A stretch of DNA of 64,000 nt, from contig CAVTJJ010000006.1 in NCBI GenBank assembly GCA_963735035.1, positions 192,001 to 256,000 of the forward strand. Direction: 5' to 3'. The translations under genes and the position numbers were made by a program. The DNA comes from an uncultured candidate division Zixibacteria bacterium (GTDB taxonomy: Bacteria > Zixibacteria > MSB-5A5 > GN15 > FEB-12). Position 1 is the first letter of the stretch. Each line of letters opens with the position of its first letter. The notes under the pieces were generated by a model, which made no database searches, was not told the origin of the DNA, and saw nothing but the letters and a program-made list of their open reading frames with translations. Below are positions 1 to 10,688 of this stretch, in pieces.

Positions 1-996
1 CGAGCGTTTGCCCTGATCGGAAATTTCGACCGCGCCGATTATGAACGTTCGGGGAATTTCACCGAAGTCCGCAGCTATACCGCCGGTGTGAAAGAGGATC
101 TTCGGGCGCTCTTAACCGAATTGAACCCTAAGCGGATCGCTGTCAACTATTCCAAAGATGATCCGTCCGCCGACGGCCTTACGCACGGCATGTACCTGTT
201 GCTGTGTGATTATCTGTCCGGCACGTTTTTCGCGGATCGCCTTGTTTCGGCTGAGATGCTTTGCAGTCGTCTGCGCGCCCGTAAGACGCCTACTGAGATT
301 GCGCGTCTTACTATAGCGGCCGAAACCGCCGAACAGGCCTGGCAGAGGGCGAAGCTGCGCATCAAAGCGAGCATGACGGAGATTGAGATTGCCGAAGCAA
401 TTGATCGTGAACTCTACGCCGCCGGCGCGAAACCGTCGTTTGAGACAATTGTCAACGCCGGGAGCAAGACCGATCCGGGTCACGGACATCCGACCGACGC
501 GCGTCTCGAACCGGGTGATCTGATGCATGTCGACTTTGGCGCCCTCGAGGACGGTTACTGTTCCGATCTCCAGCGCTTACTATATGTTCGCCGCAAGGGC
601 GAAGCCGCTGTGCCGGATGAACTCAGAGATGCCTTCGAAATTGTCAGCGATATCATCACCGCGACTTCCGAACAGTGTCGACCCGGCCGGAAGGGATTTG
701 AGATAGATCAGATCGCCCGCGATGCCCTGGTCGACCATGGATATCCTGTTTATCAGCATGCCCTCGGCCATCAACTGGGTCGGTCGGTACACGACGGTGG
801 TGGGTTGCTCGGACCCAATTGGGAACGGTACGGCAAGACGCCGTCGATCCTTATCGACGTCGGCAATGTTTTCACCCTTGAACTCGAAATCATGCTCCCC
901 GGTATCGGCTGTGTGGGGCTCGAAGAAGATGTAGTCATAGGCGAACAGGGTGGCTGTTTCCTATGTCCGAGACAGATGACCCTGGATGTATTATGA
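1..996 (+). CDS. Xaa-Pro aminopeptidase (M24 family), 5' truncated by window edge
   Basis: Frame open from base 1; M24 motifs HVDFG, YCSD, HALGHQLGRSVHD, TLE, LEEDV. Confidence 0.9.
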   Translation, partial: RAFALIGNFDRADYERSGNFTEVRSYTAGVKEDLRALLTELNPKRIAVNYSKDDPSADGLTHGMYLLLCDYLSGTFFADRLVSAEMLCSRLRARKTPTEIARLTIAAETAEQAWQRAKLRIKASMTEIEIAEAIDRELYAAGAKPSFETIVNAGSKTDPGHGHPTDARLEPGDLMHVDFGALEDGYCSDLQRLLYVRRKGEAAVPDELRDAFEIVSDIITATSEQCRPGRKGFEIDQIARDALVDHGYPVYQHALGHQLGRSVHDGGGLLGPNWERYGKTPSILIDVGNVFTLELEIMLPGIGCVGLEEDVVIGEQGGCFLCPRQMTLDVL

Positions 997-1847
997 AGAG
1001 AATTATCATTATATCCCTGACTGCAGTCGTACTGTCAGGTTGTGCCCCCAGGCCGGTGGTAGTTGAAAAGCCGGTGGTAGCTGAAACACCGACTGCCGCG
1101 AAAGATAGTGTCGTTGATTTATCGATAGAGTCGAATCACGAAAAGCTGAATCTTTCCTGGCGCAAGGTCGGGCAGGGGCTGATCTCCGGGTACAATATCT
1201 ATATAAGTGAACGGCCGCTGGCGGCGTTGTTCCCCGGGGGCAAGATTGATCCATCGATCGCGGCTTATAACACGAATCCCTTTCCGGGCGATACGATTCC
1301 CGAAGACGGTGTCGAACATTTCATGGCCGACAGGCTCGCCAACGGAGTGCGCTACTACGTGACGGTTCGCATCGTCTATCCCGACGGCACGGTGTCGGGA
1401 CCGTCGAATGAAGTTACCGCGGTCTGTGGAGGGCGGGGTGAGTTCGAATTGGCCCTGCGCCGGTCGGGCGGCAAGGACGGTTTTTCGTTCTCGGACAACA
1501 AATACGTCGCGTGTGATGACAAGATAAGCGATCTCTATTACTTCTCGAAAGACGGTCTTGACTATCTCGCCTCGCCGAATCGCCTTGATGCATTCGCCCG
1601 GCAGACCCGGTTCGTGGTCCTCCCGTGGAAAGGTCGATATCACGAGATCGTTGCCCGACTCTCAGACAACGTTCCTGTGCCCTCTCTCGAAAAGGTTACG
1701 GTCGCCGAAGGCGATTGGGTCCTGGCCGAATGCGCCGGCAAGACGCATGCTCTTATCAGTGTGAAAGCGTTGAAGGGGACACCGCCGGGGCGGTTGATGA
1801 CGATCTCGTACGTTTACTCCAGCTTGTCGGGCGAACTGGTTTTCTGA
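993..1847 (+). CDS. Lipoprotein with FN3-like segment, function unknown
   Basis: ATGA overlap with upstream stop; MKRIIIISLTAVVLSG-C lipobox; LSW..GYNIY..YYVTV..SNEV FN3-like pattern. Confidence 0.75.
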   Translation: MKRIIIISLTAVVLSGCAPRPVVVEKPVVAETPTAAKDSVVDLSIESNHEKLNLSWRKVGQGLISGYNIYISERPLAALFPGGKIDPSIAAYNTNPFPGDTIPEDGVEHFMADRLANGVRYYVTVRIVYPDGTVSGPSNEVTAVCGGRGEFELALRRSGGKDGFSFSDNKYVACDDKISDLYYFSKDGLDYLASPNRLDAFARQTRFVVLPWKGRYHEIVARLSDNVPVPSLEKVTVAEGDWVLAECAGKTHALISVKALKGTPPGRLMTISYVYSSLSGELVF

Positions 1848-1851
1848 TTAC

Positions 1852-2790
1852 CTATCGAACGACATCGGTGCATTGTTTCAACGGGAAGAAGTCTATATAG
1901 AGAAAACCGATCAGGCGATATGCGTCACCTATCGTTATGTCCATTTCGGTCGGGTGCAATCCACCGGATTGGTTCAAATCGGCTTCGGCCAGGCACTCCA
2001 GCGGTGTGCCATCTATGAAGATATGATCGACGAGAAGAGCGAGGTCGCCGATTGTCGGGGTATCGCCATCGATGCCGTTGATGTCGCCGACAAGCCCCTG
2101 GCAGCAGGAGCCGACGTCCACGTATAGCGCCTCTGAAGCCGGAGAATAGTTCCCCGGTGACGATTCGGATACCACAATGTACCAATAGGTGTTCAGTGAA
2201 TCGACCGAATTATCAACATAATAGGGGACGGTAACGCCGCGATTGTTCCGATTACCGGCTGGATCATCAATGCGGAAAAACGAACCATCTGACGCCCCTT
2301 CGCGGCGATATACGTGCCAGGTTGTTCCAGCGCTCTGCGTCCAGTCGAGGCGGATCGTGCGCTTATCTATCCGGGTGGAGGACAGGTTCGATACGGCCGG
2401 GGGGAAAGTGCCGGAAGAGAGAGTTATGTCTTCCTGCTGAAAAGAATTCGCCGGGATAGTATCGTGAAGCAGTGCGCTTTCGGCCAAAGCTGTGTCGAAA
2501 AAGTAATAACTATAGGCCGCTCCCCGTGCTTCGGTCAGATAGTTCTGAAAATCGTCGAACCAGTTGCCGGCGTCATAACCGGCTCCAATGCAGGATTGAA
2601 TTCTTATCTCACGGTCATTATTGTTGATGATTCCAATGAACTGAATAGCGCCGTTGGGAGGAGTCGACAGGTCTGAGGCCTTGACCGTTCCGAAAATGGA
2701 ACCCTGCGCTTTCACCATTACCGGCAATAGCGTCGACCCGGCTAGCGCCAGGACAATAATCAGGGTCGATTTGCAATATCTTAATTTCAT
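1852..2790 (-). CDS. Secreted protein with FN3-like domain and C-terminal dockerin-like domain
   Basis: Signal peptide ending VKA-Q; CC-x-GLVGDING..TIGDL..LVDHIF, EADLN..ITIGD, terminal Cys. Confidence 0.75.
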   Translation of the reverse strand: MKLRYCKSTLIIVLALAGSTLLPVMVKAQGSIFGTVKASDLSTPPNGAIQFIGIINNNDREIRIQSCIGAGYDAGNWFDDFQNYLTEARGAAYSYYFFDTALAESALLHDTIPANSFQQEDITLSSGTFPPAVSNLSSTRIDKRTIRLDWTQSAGTTWHVYRREGASDGSFFRIDDPAGNRNNRGVTVPYYVDNSVDSLNTYWYIVVSESSPGNYSPASEALYVDVGSCCQGLVGDINGIDGDTPTIGDLALLVDHIFIDGTPLECLAEADLNQSGGLHPTEMDITIGDAYRLIGFLYIDFFPLKQCTDVVR

Positions 2791-3020
2791 AAGCCTCGAT
2801 CCGGGCAAACGCTACCGGGTCAGTCAGATTTTCGGCTAATTAGCGAGTCTTCGTAAGCATCGCGTCCAAACAGGTTCACTGCTCTAATATAGGTTTAACA
2901 GCCAAATAATGCTCGTGAGTTCGTCGTCCCACTGTAAGATGTTATACGACTGTATCTTACGGACTCAGAATGCTGGGAACCCAAAGATGAGAGTCCCTTG
3001 AGCAGAAATGGGGACTTGGC

Positions 3021-3608
3021 TTATTCCGGGTCTGGTTTGGGGAAGTGGGCTATTGTTGGCTGCTGGTGAGTGACATTTGTCTCGGTCAGTACCCGGGCAG
3101 GGCCGGCGATCAGTTCGTGAGACAAGACTGACCTGAAGCAACTCACCAGGGCATCAGGCAATTCACGCGGGCGGAATGATTGCGCCCATAGAGTGTGTTT
3201 GGCCCGAAGAACATCGTCAAATTGTCCCCGATAGCTTTCTTCAACTATCTTCTGATGTTGCTTTTCCGGCAAGGTCCAATTGACGTGAACTGATATCAAG
3301 AACACCCCTACGCTGTCGGGGTCGAGGCATTCCATTATTGACAGGAGATAAGTGTTGGCTTTGGTATACAGACGGAGCGCGAGACGCATCCGGAGACCGG
3401 ATTTCCGGGTCTGGTCGTCAGAAGGGATTGGAAACTCCTGTATGAGTTCATCCCAGGACGCAGCGCTGCATCCAGCGGGCAGTTTCAGATCGCCTAAATA
3501 TTTGAGAAGGTCGGCCTTAAGGGCAGGGATATTCACGGGTGGCACGGCCGCGACGGTTTCTCGGCCGCGGGCCTTCAACAGGTTCTCAATTTTTCCCGTG
3601 TTATTCAT
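3021..3608 (-). CDS. Hypothetical protein
   Basis: 195 aa ORF with GAGG upstream; no recognised motif. Confidence 0.6.
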   Translation of the reverse strand: MNNTGKIENLLKARGRETVAAVPPVNIPALKADLLKYLGDLKLPAGCSAASWDELIQEFPIPSDDQTRKSGLRMRLALRLYTKANTYLLSIMECLDPDSVGVFLISVHVNWTLPEKQHQKIVEESYRGQFDDVLRAKHTLWAQSFRPRELPDALVSCFRSVLSHELIAGPARVLTETNVTHQQPTIAHFPKPDPE

Positions 3609-3811
3609 ACCGCTATTGCCTCAAATGAGTGTACATCAGATACATCGGCAGAAGTCTCCCCGGGATCAACCCTCGGTGACTTCATCCAGTCCGGAGCGGG
3701 TCTAGCCAGTCTTAACATTATTGCGCTAAACAAAGTCGGAGGGGTATTCGTAAGTAGGCTATTGTACGCGACCGTCGGTAACATGTGGCCAGGCACCAGG
3801 AGAATGTTTTC

Positions 3812-6193
3812 ATGTCAAAGTTCAAGTCCTTAACCATTGGTCTTATTTCTATAACATTGCTGGGGCAGGAGCTTATCTGGACGAGAATCTTCTCGGCAGA
3901 ATACTTCTATGCTTTCGCATTTCTCACTCTGTCTCTGGCGATAATGGGACTGGGGTTGGGAGCGCTGGCGCTTCGCCTGTTCCCGATTCTCAACCGGGAG
4001 GGTAGCTTTGGAGCCATGCTGACTCTATCCGGGTTGGCGGCATTGGTAGCCCCCCCTGCAGTAGTCGCCCTTGGACTGGATTTTTCGCAGCTCTTTACGA
4101 GCGGCGCCATGCTGGCCAAGTTCATTCTCACAATTGTCCTTCTAAGTTCATCGTTCTTCTTCGGTGGTGTCGCGCTGGCTTTTCTGTTTCGACAGAACCA
4201 TAAGGACATGCCCCGGTTATATATGGCCGACCTGATCGGCGCCGGACTTGGTGTCCTGGTCTCGATTCTGGTCATGAATCAGTACGGCACACCGGCTGCC
4301 ACGTTTCTGATCGCCCTGCCGATGCTTCTGGCGGCCGCCTTGAATGTTCGCGGAGCCTGGAAAGTAGTCCCGGCACTGCTCTTTGTCGGCGTCTTCTTTC
4401 TTCCGTCGCGCGCCGCCGGTCTGCTTGAAGCGCAACGCGAGGAACCCGCCCCGGTCATCTACAAGCACTGGGACGCGATGGCCAAACTGAAGATTTACGA
4501 TTTTCAGGGGGAAGCGCGCGGACTAAATATCGACAATGTTGCCAACACGCCGGTCTTTAAGTTCGACGGTGACTTTCGCGCCCTGGATACGACCGATCTC
4601 GGGTGGGACATTTCGGTGCGATATCTGGTCGGATTATTCGACTCGTGCACATTTCTCTCATTGGGCTCAGGCGGGGGCGGCGATGTTCTTCAGGCGCTGA
4701 ACGTGGGGGCTAAAGACATCTATGCGGTCGAGGTTCTCCCGCAGATCAATCATCTGATGCAGGATGAGGACACTTGCGGATTCATCGATCACACTCCGAA
4801 GCCGGCCGATTCGACTGTCGATACGACGTCTGTGGTAGCGGATTCGACGGCCGCAAAAGAGGCCAAGGAGCCGCCAGTGCCGATAATCCGTGACTCCACC
4901 GGACAGATCATCAGTTTGGCGAAATTCTCCGGCCATCTGTACTCCAGTCCTCGCGTCCATGTAGTTACCGAAGATGCCCGTACTTTCGTGCGACGGTATC
5001 CCGCCAAGTTTGACATCATTTTCTCCTGGAGCTCCAATACCTGGGCGGCTCTCGGTTCCGGTTCGTTCGCTCTGGCGGAGAACTATATCTTTACGAAAGA
5101 AGCTTTTCAGGATTACTGGCGTTCGCTCTCGGACAGTGGCTTTCTCTGCATGGAACACCAGATGTACATGCCAAGGCTGGTGACCGAAGTCATGGACGCC
5201 CTGACAGAGCTGGGTGTTTCCGATGTCAAGTCGCACTTCGCGGTGTATACGCTGCCGTCGCAGCGTCGCAAGCTTCTACTCCTGTCGAAACGACCTCTGA
5301 CCGAAGAGATCATCGCGAATGCCTACGGACCACTGACGCTGGAACGGGCCGAGACCATCCATCTGCTGTACCCGGCGGCGGACTCGCTGAAGAACAATAT
5401 CTACAATCGAATCATCAATGATGGGTGGCAGGCGGCGTCCGATTCGGCCAAAATCAATCTGTCGCCTTGCACCGACGATCGGCCGTTTGTCGCGCAGCTC
5501 GGAATGTGGAAGAACTTCGCGTGGGAGAAATTCGAGAAGCTGAACAACTATGCCGAGTTTGGCGGATTCCCCCTTTCCAAGATTCTCATACTCATCATTC
5601 TGATCGTGGCCGTTGTGCTAATATTGCCGCTTAATCTGATACCGTACTTCACTACGGGTCCAAGACTGCGCGGGGCGCCATGGTTGTATTTCTTCGCTAT
5701 CGGGGTGGCGTTCATGATTGTTGAGGTCGTGCTCATTCAGAAGTACGCTCTGTACATTGGGGCATCGGTGTATAGTATTGCCACCGTGCTGCTGACATTG
5801 CTAATTGGTTCTGGTATCGGGAGCCGGTTTGCTCGCCACGCCGGAGACCATGTGCCGTTTGTGGGCATATTGATCTGGCTGGCGCTGGATATACTCTTGT
5901 TCGGACACCTGACCGGAGCGCTCACTCAGTTTGCGGTGCTGGGCAGAGCAATGGTGGTGGTAGTTCTGATACTGCCCCTCGGCTTCTTCATGGGCATGCC
6001 GTTCCCGAAAGGGACGCTACGTGTGGGCGAATTGGTGGACTGGGGTTTCTCGGTGAACGGAGCGGCCTCGGTGATAGGCGGTACTCTGGCAGTGTTGATG
6101 GCCATCAGCTACGGCTTCACTTTTGCTCTCTTAGTCGGGGGTGGCGTTTACGTGATTGCCTGGTTACTGATGTCTCTGCGAAAAGCCTGGTGA
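3812..6193 (+). CDS. Spermidine synthase-like SAM-dependent methyltransferase-fold polytopic membrane protein
   Basis: AGGAG upstream; N- and C-terminal TM bundles; LYMADLIGAG, LGSGGGGD, VEV, EDARTF, GFFMGMPFP, NGAASVIG. Confidence 0.85.
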   Translation: MSKFKSLTIGLISITLLGQELIWTRIFSAEYFYAFAFLTLSLAIMGLGLGALALRLFPILNREGSFGAMLTLSGLAALVAPPAVVALGLDFSQLFTSGAMLAKFILTIVLLSSSFFFGGVALAFLFRQNHKDMPRLYMADLIGAGLGVLVSILVMNQYGTPAATFLIALPMLLAAALNVRGAWKVVPALLFVGVFFLPSRAAGLLEAQREEPAPVIYKHWDAMAKLKIYDFQGEARGLNIDNVANTPVFKFDGDFRALDTTDLGWDISVRYLVGLFDSCTFLSLGSGGGGDVLQALNVGAKDIYAVEVLPQINHLMQDEDTCGFIDHTPKPADSTVDTTSVVADSTAAKEAKEPPVPIIRDSTGQIISLAKFSGHLYSSPRVHVVTEDARTFVRRYPAKFDIIFSWSSNTWAALGSGSFALAENYIFTKEAFQDYWRSLSDSGFLCMEHQMYMPRLVTEVMDALTELGVSDVKSHFAVYTLPSQRRKLLLLSKRPLTEEIIANAYGPLTLERAETIHLLYPAADSLKNNIYNRIINDGWQAASDSAKINLSPCTDDRPFVAQLGMWKNFAWEKFEKLNNYAEFGGFPLSKILILIILIVAVVLILPLNLIPYFTTGPRLRGAPWLYFFAIGVAFMIVEVVLIQKYALYIGASVYSIATVLLTLLIGSGIGSRFARHAGDHVPFVGILIWLALDILLFGHLTGALTQFAVLGRAMVVVVLILPLGFFMGMPFPKGTLRVGELVDWGFSVNGAASVIGGTLAVLMAISYGFTFALLVGGGVYVIAWLLMSLRKAW

Positions 6194-6393
6194 CAAGAGT
6201 CGATCCGCCAGACCATGAAGATGACTTGACAGATTTTGAACTGTTGCTATATTGGGTCAACGAAAGTTCAATCGACTTTGAACCTCTTGGCAAGGCGAAC
6301 TCGCCGGAAAGGAAAATTTGTGACCATTGTAAGCATTCAGAGAGATGGCGCGCCCTTTTCGGGAGAAGTCTGCTAGGCTCGATCTTCTCTTAA
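6190..6393 (+). CDS. Possible small hypothetical protein
   Basis: GTGA overlap with upstream stop; CDHC motif; otherwise unsupported. Confidence 0.3.
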   Translation: MTRVDPPDHEDDLTDFELLLYWVNESSIDFEPLGKANSPERKICDHCKHSERWRALFGRSLLGSIFS

Positions 6394-6558
6394 TCAAGAC
6401 CTAACTAATTTCCTCCCGGAGGCAGCTACCTCCTTCTATGTCCGGGTTGCGGGCTGAAGAGCGTCCGCGATTGCGAACTCATATTATCAATAACTATAGA
6501 CCGTCAGGAATTTGGCACTGTCCAGACTCCGTGTCGGTCTTAGCTGAGGAATATTGCG

Positions 6559-7665
6559 ATGGATTTGATTACGCTAGGCTGGGACGATTATTTCGCCCGG
6601 TATTTCGAATCATATGGAACAGACGATCTGGTTCCTGCACGCGTGGCGCAGGAACACAAGGGGATGTATACGATTTGGGCTGCGTGCGGTGAACGTCGCG
6701 CCCGCGTATCCGGTCGATTTCTGCACCAGGCGACCACCCGGGCGGAGTACCCGTCTGTGGGCGACTGGGTCGTGATCGGGAACGACGGGGGCGACGGCGA
6801 GGCGGTTATACATGCGTTACTGCCGCGCCGAAGTTGCTTCTCGCGCAAGGCGGTGCTTGCCGGCGGCCCGACTCATGGCGAAGGACGCACCGAGGAACAG
6901 GTGATCGCTTCCAATATAGATTTCGCCTTTCTGGTCAGCGGACTCGACAACGATTGGAATCCGCGCCGGATCGAGCGCTTTCTTTCGACCACATACGACA
7001 GTGGGGCGTCGCCGATCATCGTGCTCAACAAATCCGATGTCTGCAGCGACCTGGCGGGCCGGATAAGCGAGGTGTCCCGAACTGCCCCCGGAGTGCCCGT
7101 GCATGCCATGAGCGCGGTGGGACGGACGGGGCTCGAGGCGATTCGTGATTATCTCGCGCCCGGTCGCACAGGTGTGTTTTTGGGATCGTCCGGAGTCGGA
7201 AAGTCGACGATCATCAACGGACTGCTCGGAGAAGATCGTCTGGAAACCGGTGGCGTGAGTCTGCACGAGAGCCGGGGACGTCACACGACTACTCGACGAG
7301 AATTGATCGTACTTCCTGACGGCGGCCTGGTGATAGATACGCCCGGTCTGCGGCGCATTCAATTGTGGGGCGACGAAACCGGTATAGAACGCACCTATGC
7401 TGATGTCGAGCAGCTCATTGCTGGCTGTCGCTTCAGCGATTGTCGGCACGAGTCCGAGCCAGGCTGTGCCGTGAAAGAGGCGATCGAGGCCGGGAAATTG
7501 GATTCGGCTCGCTTTGCGGCGTATCTTCGGCTGCAGAAAGAACTCCGTAATCTGGTCTTGAGGCAGGACGCGCGGAATCAGAAGCTTGTTGATCGCGCCT
7601 TCGGTAAGAAAATTAACCGGATACTAAAAGAACGTGAGTTGCTCAGGAAGAAGGGTCTGGTGTAA
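6559..7665 (+). CDS. rsgA: Ribosome small subunit-dependent GTPase A
   Basis: VGDWV, NKSD, GSSGVGKST, GRHTTT, DTPG, CRFSDCRHESEPGC. Confidence 0.95.
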   Translation: MDLITLGWDDYFARYFESYGTDDLVPARVAQEHKGMYTIWAACGERRARVSGRFLHQATTRAEYPSVGDWVVIGNDGGDGEAVIHALLPRRSCFSRKAVLAGGPTHGEGRTEEQVIASNIDFAFLVSGLDNDWNPRRIERFLSTTYDSGASPIIVLNKSDVCSDLAGRISEVSRTAPGVPVHAMSAVGRTGLEAIRDYLAPGRTGVFLGSSGVGKSTIINGLLGEDRLETGGVSLHESRGRHTTTRRELIVLPDGGLVIDTPGLRRIQLWGDETGIERTYADVEQLIAGCRFSDCRHESEPGCAVKEAIEAGKLDSARFAAYLRLQKELRNLVLRQDARNQKLVDRAFGKKINRILKERELLRKKGLV

Positions 7666-7668
7666 GGA

Positions 7669-8967
7669 CTAGCTTCCTTCGAGTGTAGCGATCTGTGCCT
7701 TAACCGGCTCGATATATTGTGCGTACTCAACCGGCGCCAGACGGACAAAGCTCCGATAGGCTTCGATGGCGTCTGCTTTCTTTCCCGCCTTTTGGCAGGC
7801 ACGCGCCAGGTTGTAGTAGATCATTCCGTCCTGCGGTTTCAGTACGAGGGCGCGGTGATAGTCGTCAATCGCACGGTCTAAGTCGCCCTGCTCGGCCCGC
7901 GTGATGCCACGACCGGCGTATACATCGGCGGCGCGGGCAGGATCTATGTCCAGAGCTACGCGGTAGTCGGGGACGTCCAGCAGCGAATCAAGCACATCGT
8001 ACGAAAATATCTTGGCGCCGTTGGCGTTCAGGTGGTGATTATCCTTAAAGTCGGTCCGGGAGTCCAGAGTCATCGCGGCGTTGAAATCATAAAGACGGGC
8101 GCCATGACTGTCCGCCAGATCGCCGAGATTAGCCATGACTTCGGAGTAGTTGGTGATGATCGGTCGCCATTCTTTGGGAATCGGCGCCACGACCAGAATT
8201 ACCTGTGCACCGCGAGTCCTGACGAAATCAATTATGTCAGCAAGATATTCTTTCTGCTGGTCGGGAATGTGTACGGCCGACGGTTTCTCGTTAAATGTTT
8301 CCTGATTGAAATTCTTCGCCGCGACTGCACCCTTGCCCAGATACGGATCCATGGGCCGATCCTGCATCTGGAAACTCTCGAATGGAGTCGTAAGCGAGCT
8401 TAATGCGCGAACGGCCATACTTGTCATAGCATGCGGATGCCCGGTGGCCAGGCTCATCTCGGCCATATCGAGTGACACCGGCGTGTTGATCATTAAGTCA
8501 TAAAATGACTCCACACCGTCTTTTTCGAGAATGTGAAGATTGACTTCAAAGACGACCAGCTTTGGATTGAGACGATCCCAATACCGGTCGAGCACATAGC
8601 GCGTGTTTAGCGGAGTCTGAGAGGGGCTCCCGAGGTTGAAAGTCTTCAATCCCAGGCGGTCGAAGACGTGCGGGGCAAACGAGTAATAACAACGCGACGA
8701 GCCGAGGAAGAGCACGTCGACATTGCGGGTTGTATCCGCCTCACGAAAACGGGTCAGGGTGTAGCCATATCCGCCGGGAAGCGTGAAATTGCGAGTGACG
8801 AACTGATAGAGGCTGTACCGCTCACCTTGATTCTCAGCAGCTGGCGCGGGTACAAGACTCAAAGCCCAGAGAGTCAGGAGACCTACCGGAATCAATCCGC
8901 CGATGAAACCCGACGTACGCTTCACGAAGCGCAAGGCATCAGAATTGGAAATAGATGAACGGCGCAT
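7669..8967 (-). CDS. SGNH/DltD-like acyltransferase partner with C-terminal TPR repeats
   Basis: N-terminal TM; FLGSSR, NLG, FKDNHHLNANGA; TPR-like C-terminus; overlaps MBOAT gene end. Confidence 0.8.
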   Translation of the reverse strand: MRRSSISNSDALRFVKRTSGFIGGLIPVGLLTLWALSLVPAPAAENQGERYSLYQFVTRNFTLPGGYGYTLTRFREADTTRNVDVLFLGSSRCYYSFAPHVFDRLGLKTFNLGSPSQTPLNTRYVLDRYWDRLNPKLVVFEVNLHILEKDGVESFYDLMINTPVSLDMAEMSLATGHPHAMTSMAVRALSSLTTPFESFQMQDRPMDPYLGKGAVAAKNFNQETFNEKPSAVHIPDQQKEYLADIIDFVRTRGAQVILVVAPIPKEWRPIITNYSEVMANLGDLADSHGARLYDFNAAMTLDSRTDFKDNHHLNANGAKIFSYDVLDSLLDVPDYRVALDIDPARAADVYAGRGITRAEQGDLDRAIDDYHRALVLKPQDGMIYYNLARACQKAGKKADAIEAYRSFVRLAPVEYAQYIEPVKAQIATLEGS

Positions 8968-10408
8968 GTTCGTACGCTCCGAATAAGATTATTGCCATGA
9001 CCGCGACATAGTAAACCGCCCAACGCATCCAGGCCGGTCGCGCGCTCAGGGCGTCACGGACTTCACCACGCCGTTGCCACATCTGTGCGGTGAGAAGTAC
9101 CGCGAGACAGGCGAACGCAACACTCAGGTCGAACCAGCCACGCGCGATATCATTGGTGTAGAACCCTCGGGCGAGATCGGCCGTTGCACTGGACCGATTA
9201 ATCGCCGGGATCCGACGTAGAATCAGTAGGGCATCGCTCAGGCTGTTGGCGCGGAAGAAAATCCAGGCGAAAACGACAAGATGAAACGTGATGAACATCT
9301 GGGTCCATTGATGCACGCGGGGATGTTTATCCAATGTGAAGAGAATAATCATCTTCCCTCTGAGGCGACGTGTCGCGTTCGACAGCACCATGTACGTACC
9401 GTGGAGGGCTCCCCAGATGAAGAACGTCCAGTTGGCGCCGTGCCATAGACCGCTCAGTACGAACACTACCATGAGGTTGTAATACCAGCGCCATTTCGGT
9501 TTCCGTTTGGCGCCGAGCGGTCCATAGACATAGTCCCGAAACCAAGTCGATAGAGAAATATGCCAGCGCTGCCAGAAATCGATAACCGTCTTGGCGAAAT
9601 ACGGTCGACGGAAATTTTCCATCAGACTATAGCCCATGACCTGGGCCGAGCCACGCGCGATATCGGTGTAACCGGAGAAGTCACAGTAAATCTGAAAGGC
9701 GAAGAAATAGGTCGCCAGAATCAAAGGCAGGCCGGTGAAAGCATCAGGGTGGTTGTATACCTGACTCACATATACGGCCAGTCGATCGGCTATCACGACC
9801 TTCTTGAAAAAGCCCCACAGGATCAACCGGAAGCCATCGACGGCACGGTCATATTCGAACTTGTGCTGCTCGCGAAATTGCGGCATCAGGTGAGTTGATC
9901 TTTCGATAGGTCCTGCCACCAGTTGCGGGAAGAACGCGACATAGACCGCGAATATGCCCAGATGTCGCTCCGGCGGACGGTCGCCCCGGTAGACATCGAT
10001 CGTATAGCTCAATGTCTGAAACGTGTAGAACGAGATGCCAACCGGAAGCAGGATATCGAACGTCGGAACGCCGTAGAAGACGTTGAAACTGTCACACAGG
10101 GCGCGAGCCGATTCGTTGAAGAAATCCAGATACTTGAATCCGATTAGCAGGCCAAGATTGGCGATCAGTGAGATAATCAGGTACTTTCTGCGGCCACTTC
10201 TTTCCTCGATTCTACCCATGCGCAAAGCAGACCAGTAGTCCACTATGGTCGAGCCGGCCAGTAAGACCGCATACTCTGGTCGCCAGCACATGTAGAAATA
10301 GTAGCTGGATAGCAGCAGCAGTACCCAACGGAATCGCTGCGGCAGCGTGAAATAGAGCGCGACTACGAGGGGGAAGAAGATCAGATATTGAAGCGAATTG
10401 AACTGCAT
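8939..10408 (-). CDS. MBOAT family O-acyltransferase (AlgI/PatA/DltB-like)
   Basis: LPVGISFYTFQ, FFPQLVAGPIER, YCDFSGYTDIA, FWQRWHISLSTWFRDYVY, SGLWHGA, FIYFQF. Confidence 0.95.
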   Translation of the reverse strand: MQFNSLQYLIFFPLVVALYFTLPQRFRWVLLLLSSYYFYMCWRPEYAVLLAGSTIVDYWSALRMGRIEERSGRRKYLIISLIANLGLLIGFKYLDFFNESARALCDSFNVFYGVPTFDILLPVGISFYTFQTLSYTIDVYRGDRPPERHLGIFAVYVAFFPQLVAGPIERSTHLMPQFREQHKFEYDRAVDGFRLILWGFFKKVVIADRLAVYVSQVYNHPDAFTGLPLILATYFFAFQIYCDFSGYTDIARGSAQVMGYSLMENFRRPYFAKTVIDFWQRWHISLSTWFRDYVYGPLGAKRKPKWRWYYNLMVVFVLSGLWHGANWTFFIWGALHGTYMVLSNATRRLRGKMIILFTLDKHPRVHQWTQMFITFHLVVFAWIFFRANSLSDALLILRRIPAINRSSATADLARGFYTNDIARGWFDLSVAFACLAVLLTAQMWQRRGEVRDALSARPAWMRWAVYYVAVMAIILFGAYEHAPFIYFQF

Positions 10409-10629
10409 ATCGTTTGGGCATCCTGCCTTTCGCCTTGGCGCCGATCCTATTGTGCGGCGCGGGTGACATCAAGAACTTCGCTATTAATGTCGGCGACTGT
10501 GTGGTGGGACTTTAGCGTGCTCGAGCGCCAGTTCAACCACAGTGTGTGAATCCACACGGAGGTTGCCGGGTATTGTTCTTAATATAACACTTCCGGTGAT
10601 TCCCGCAATCTATTCGTGCGTAAGTAGTT

Positions 10630-10662
10630 GCGGCGAGGTCGGCAACGCGCCGACCTCGCCGC
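10630..10662. terminator. Perfect 14-bp GC hairpin downstream of ankyrin gene (terminator or REP-like)
   Basis: GCGGCGAGGTCGGC-aacgc-GCCGACCTCGCCGC; no U-tract. Confidence 0.5.
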
Positions 10663-10688
10663 GGGTGGGTATCAACGGGGGAGGTAGA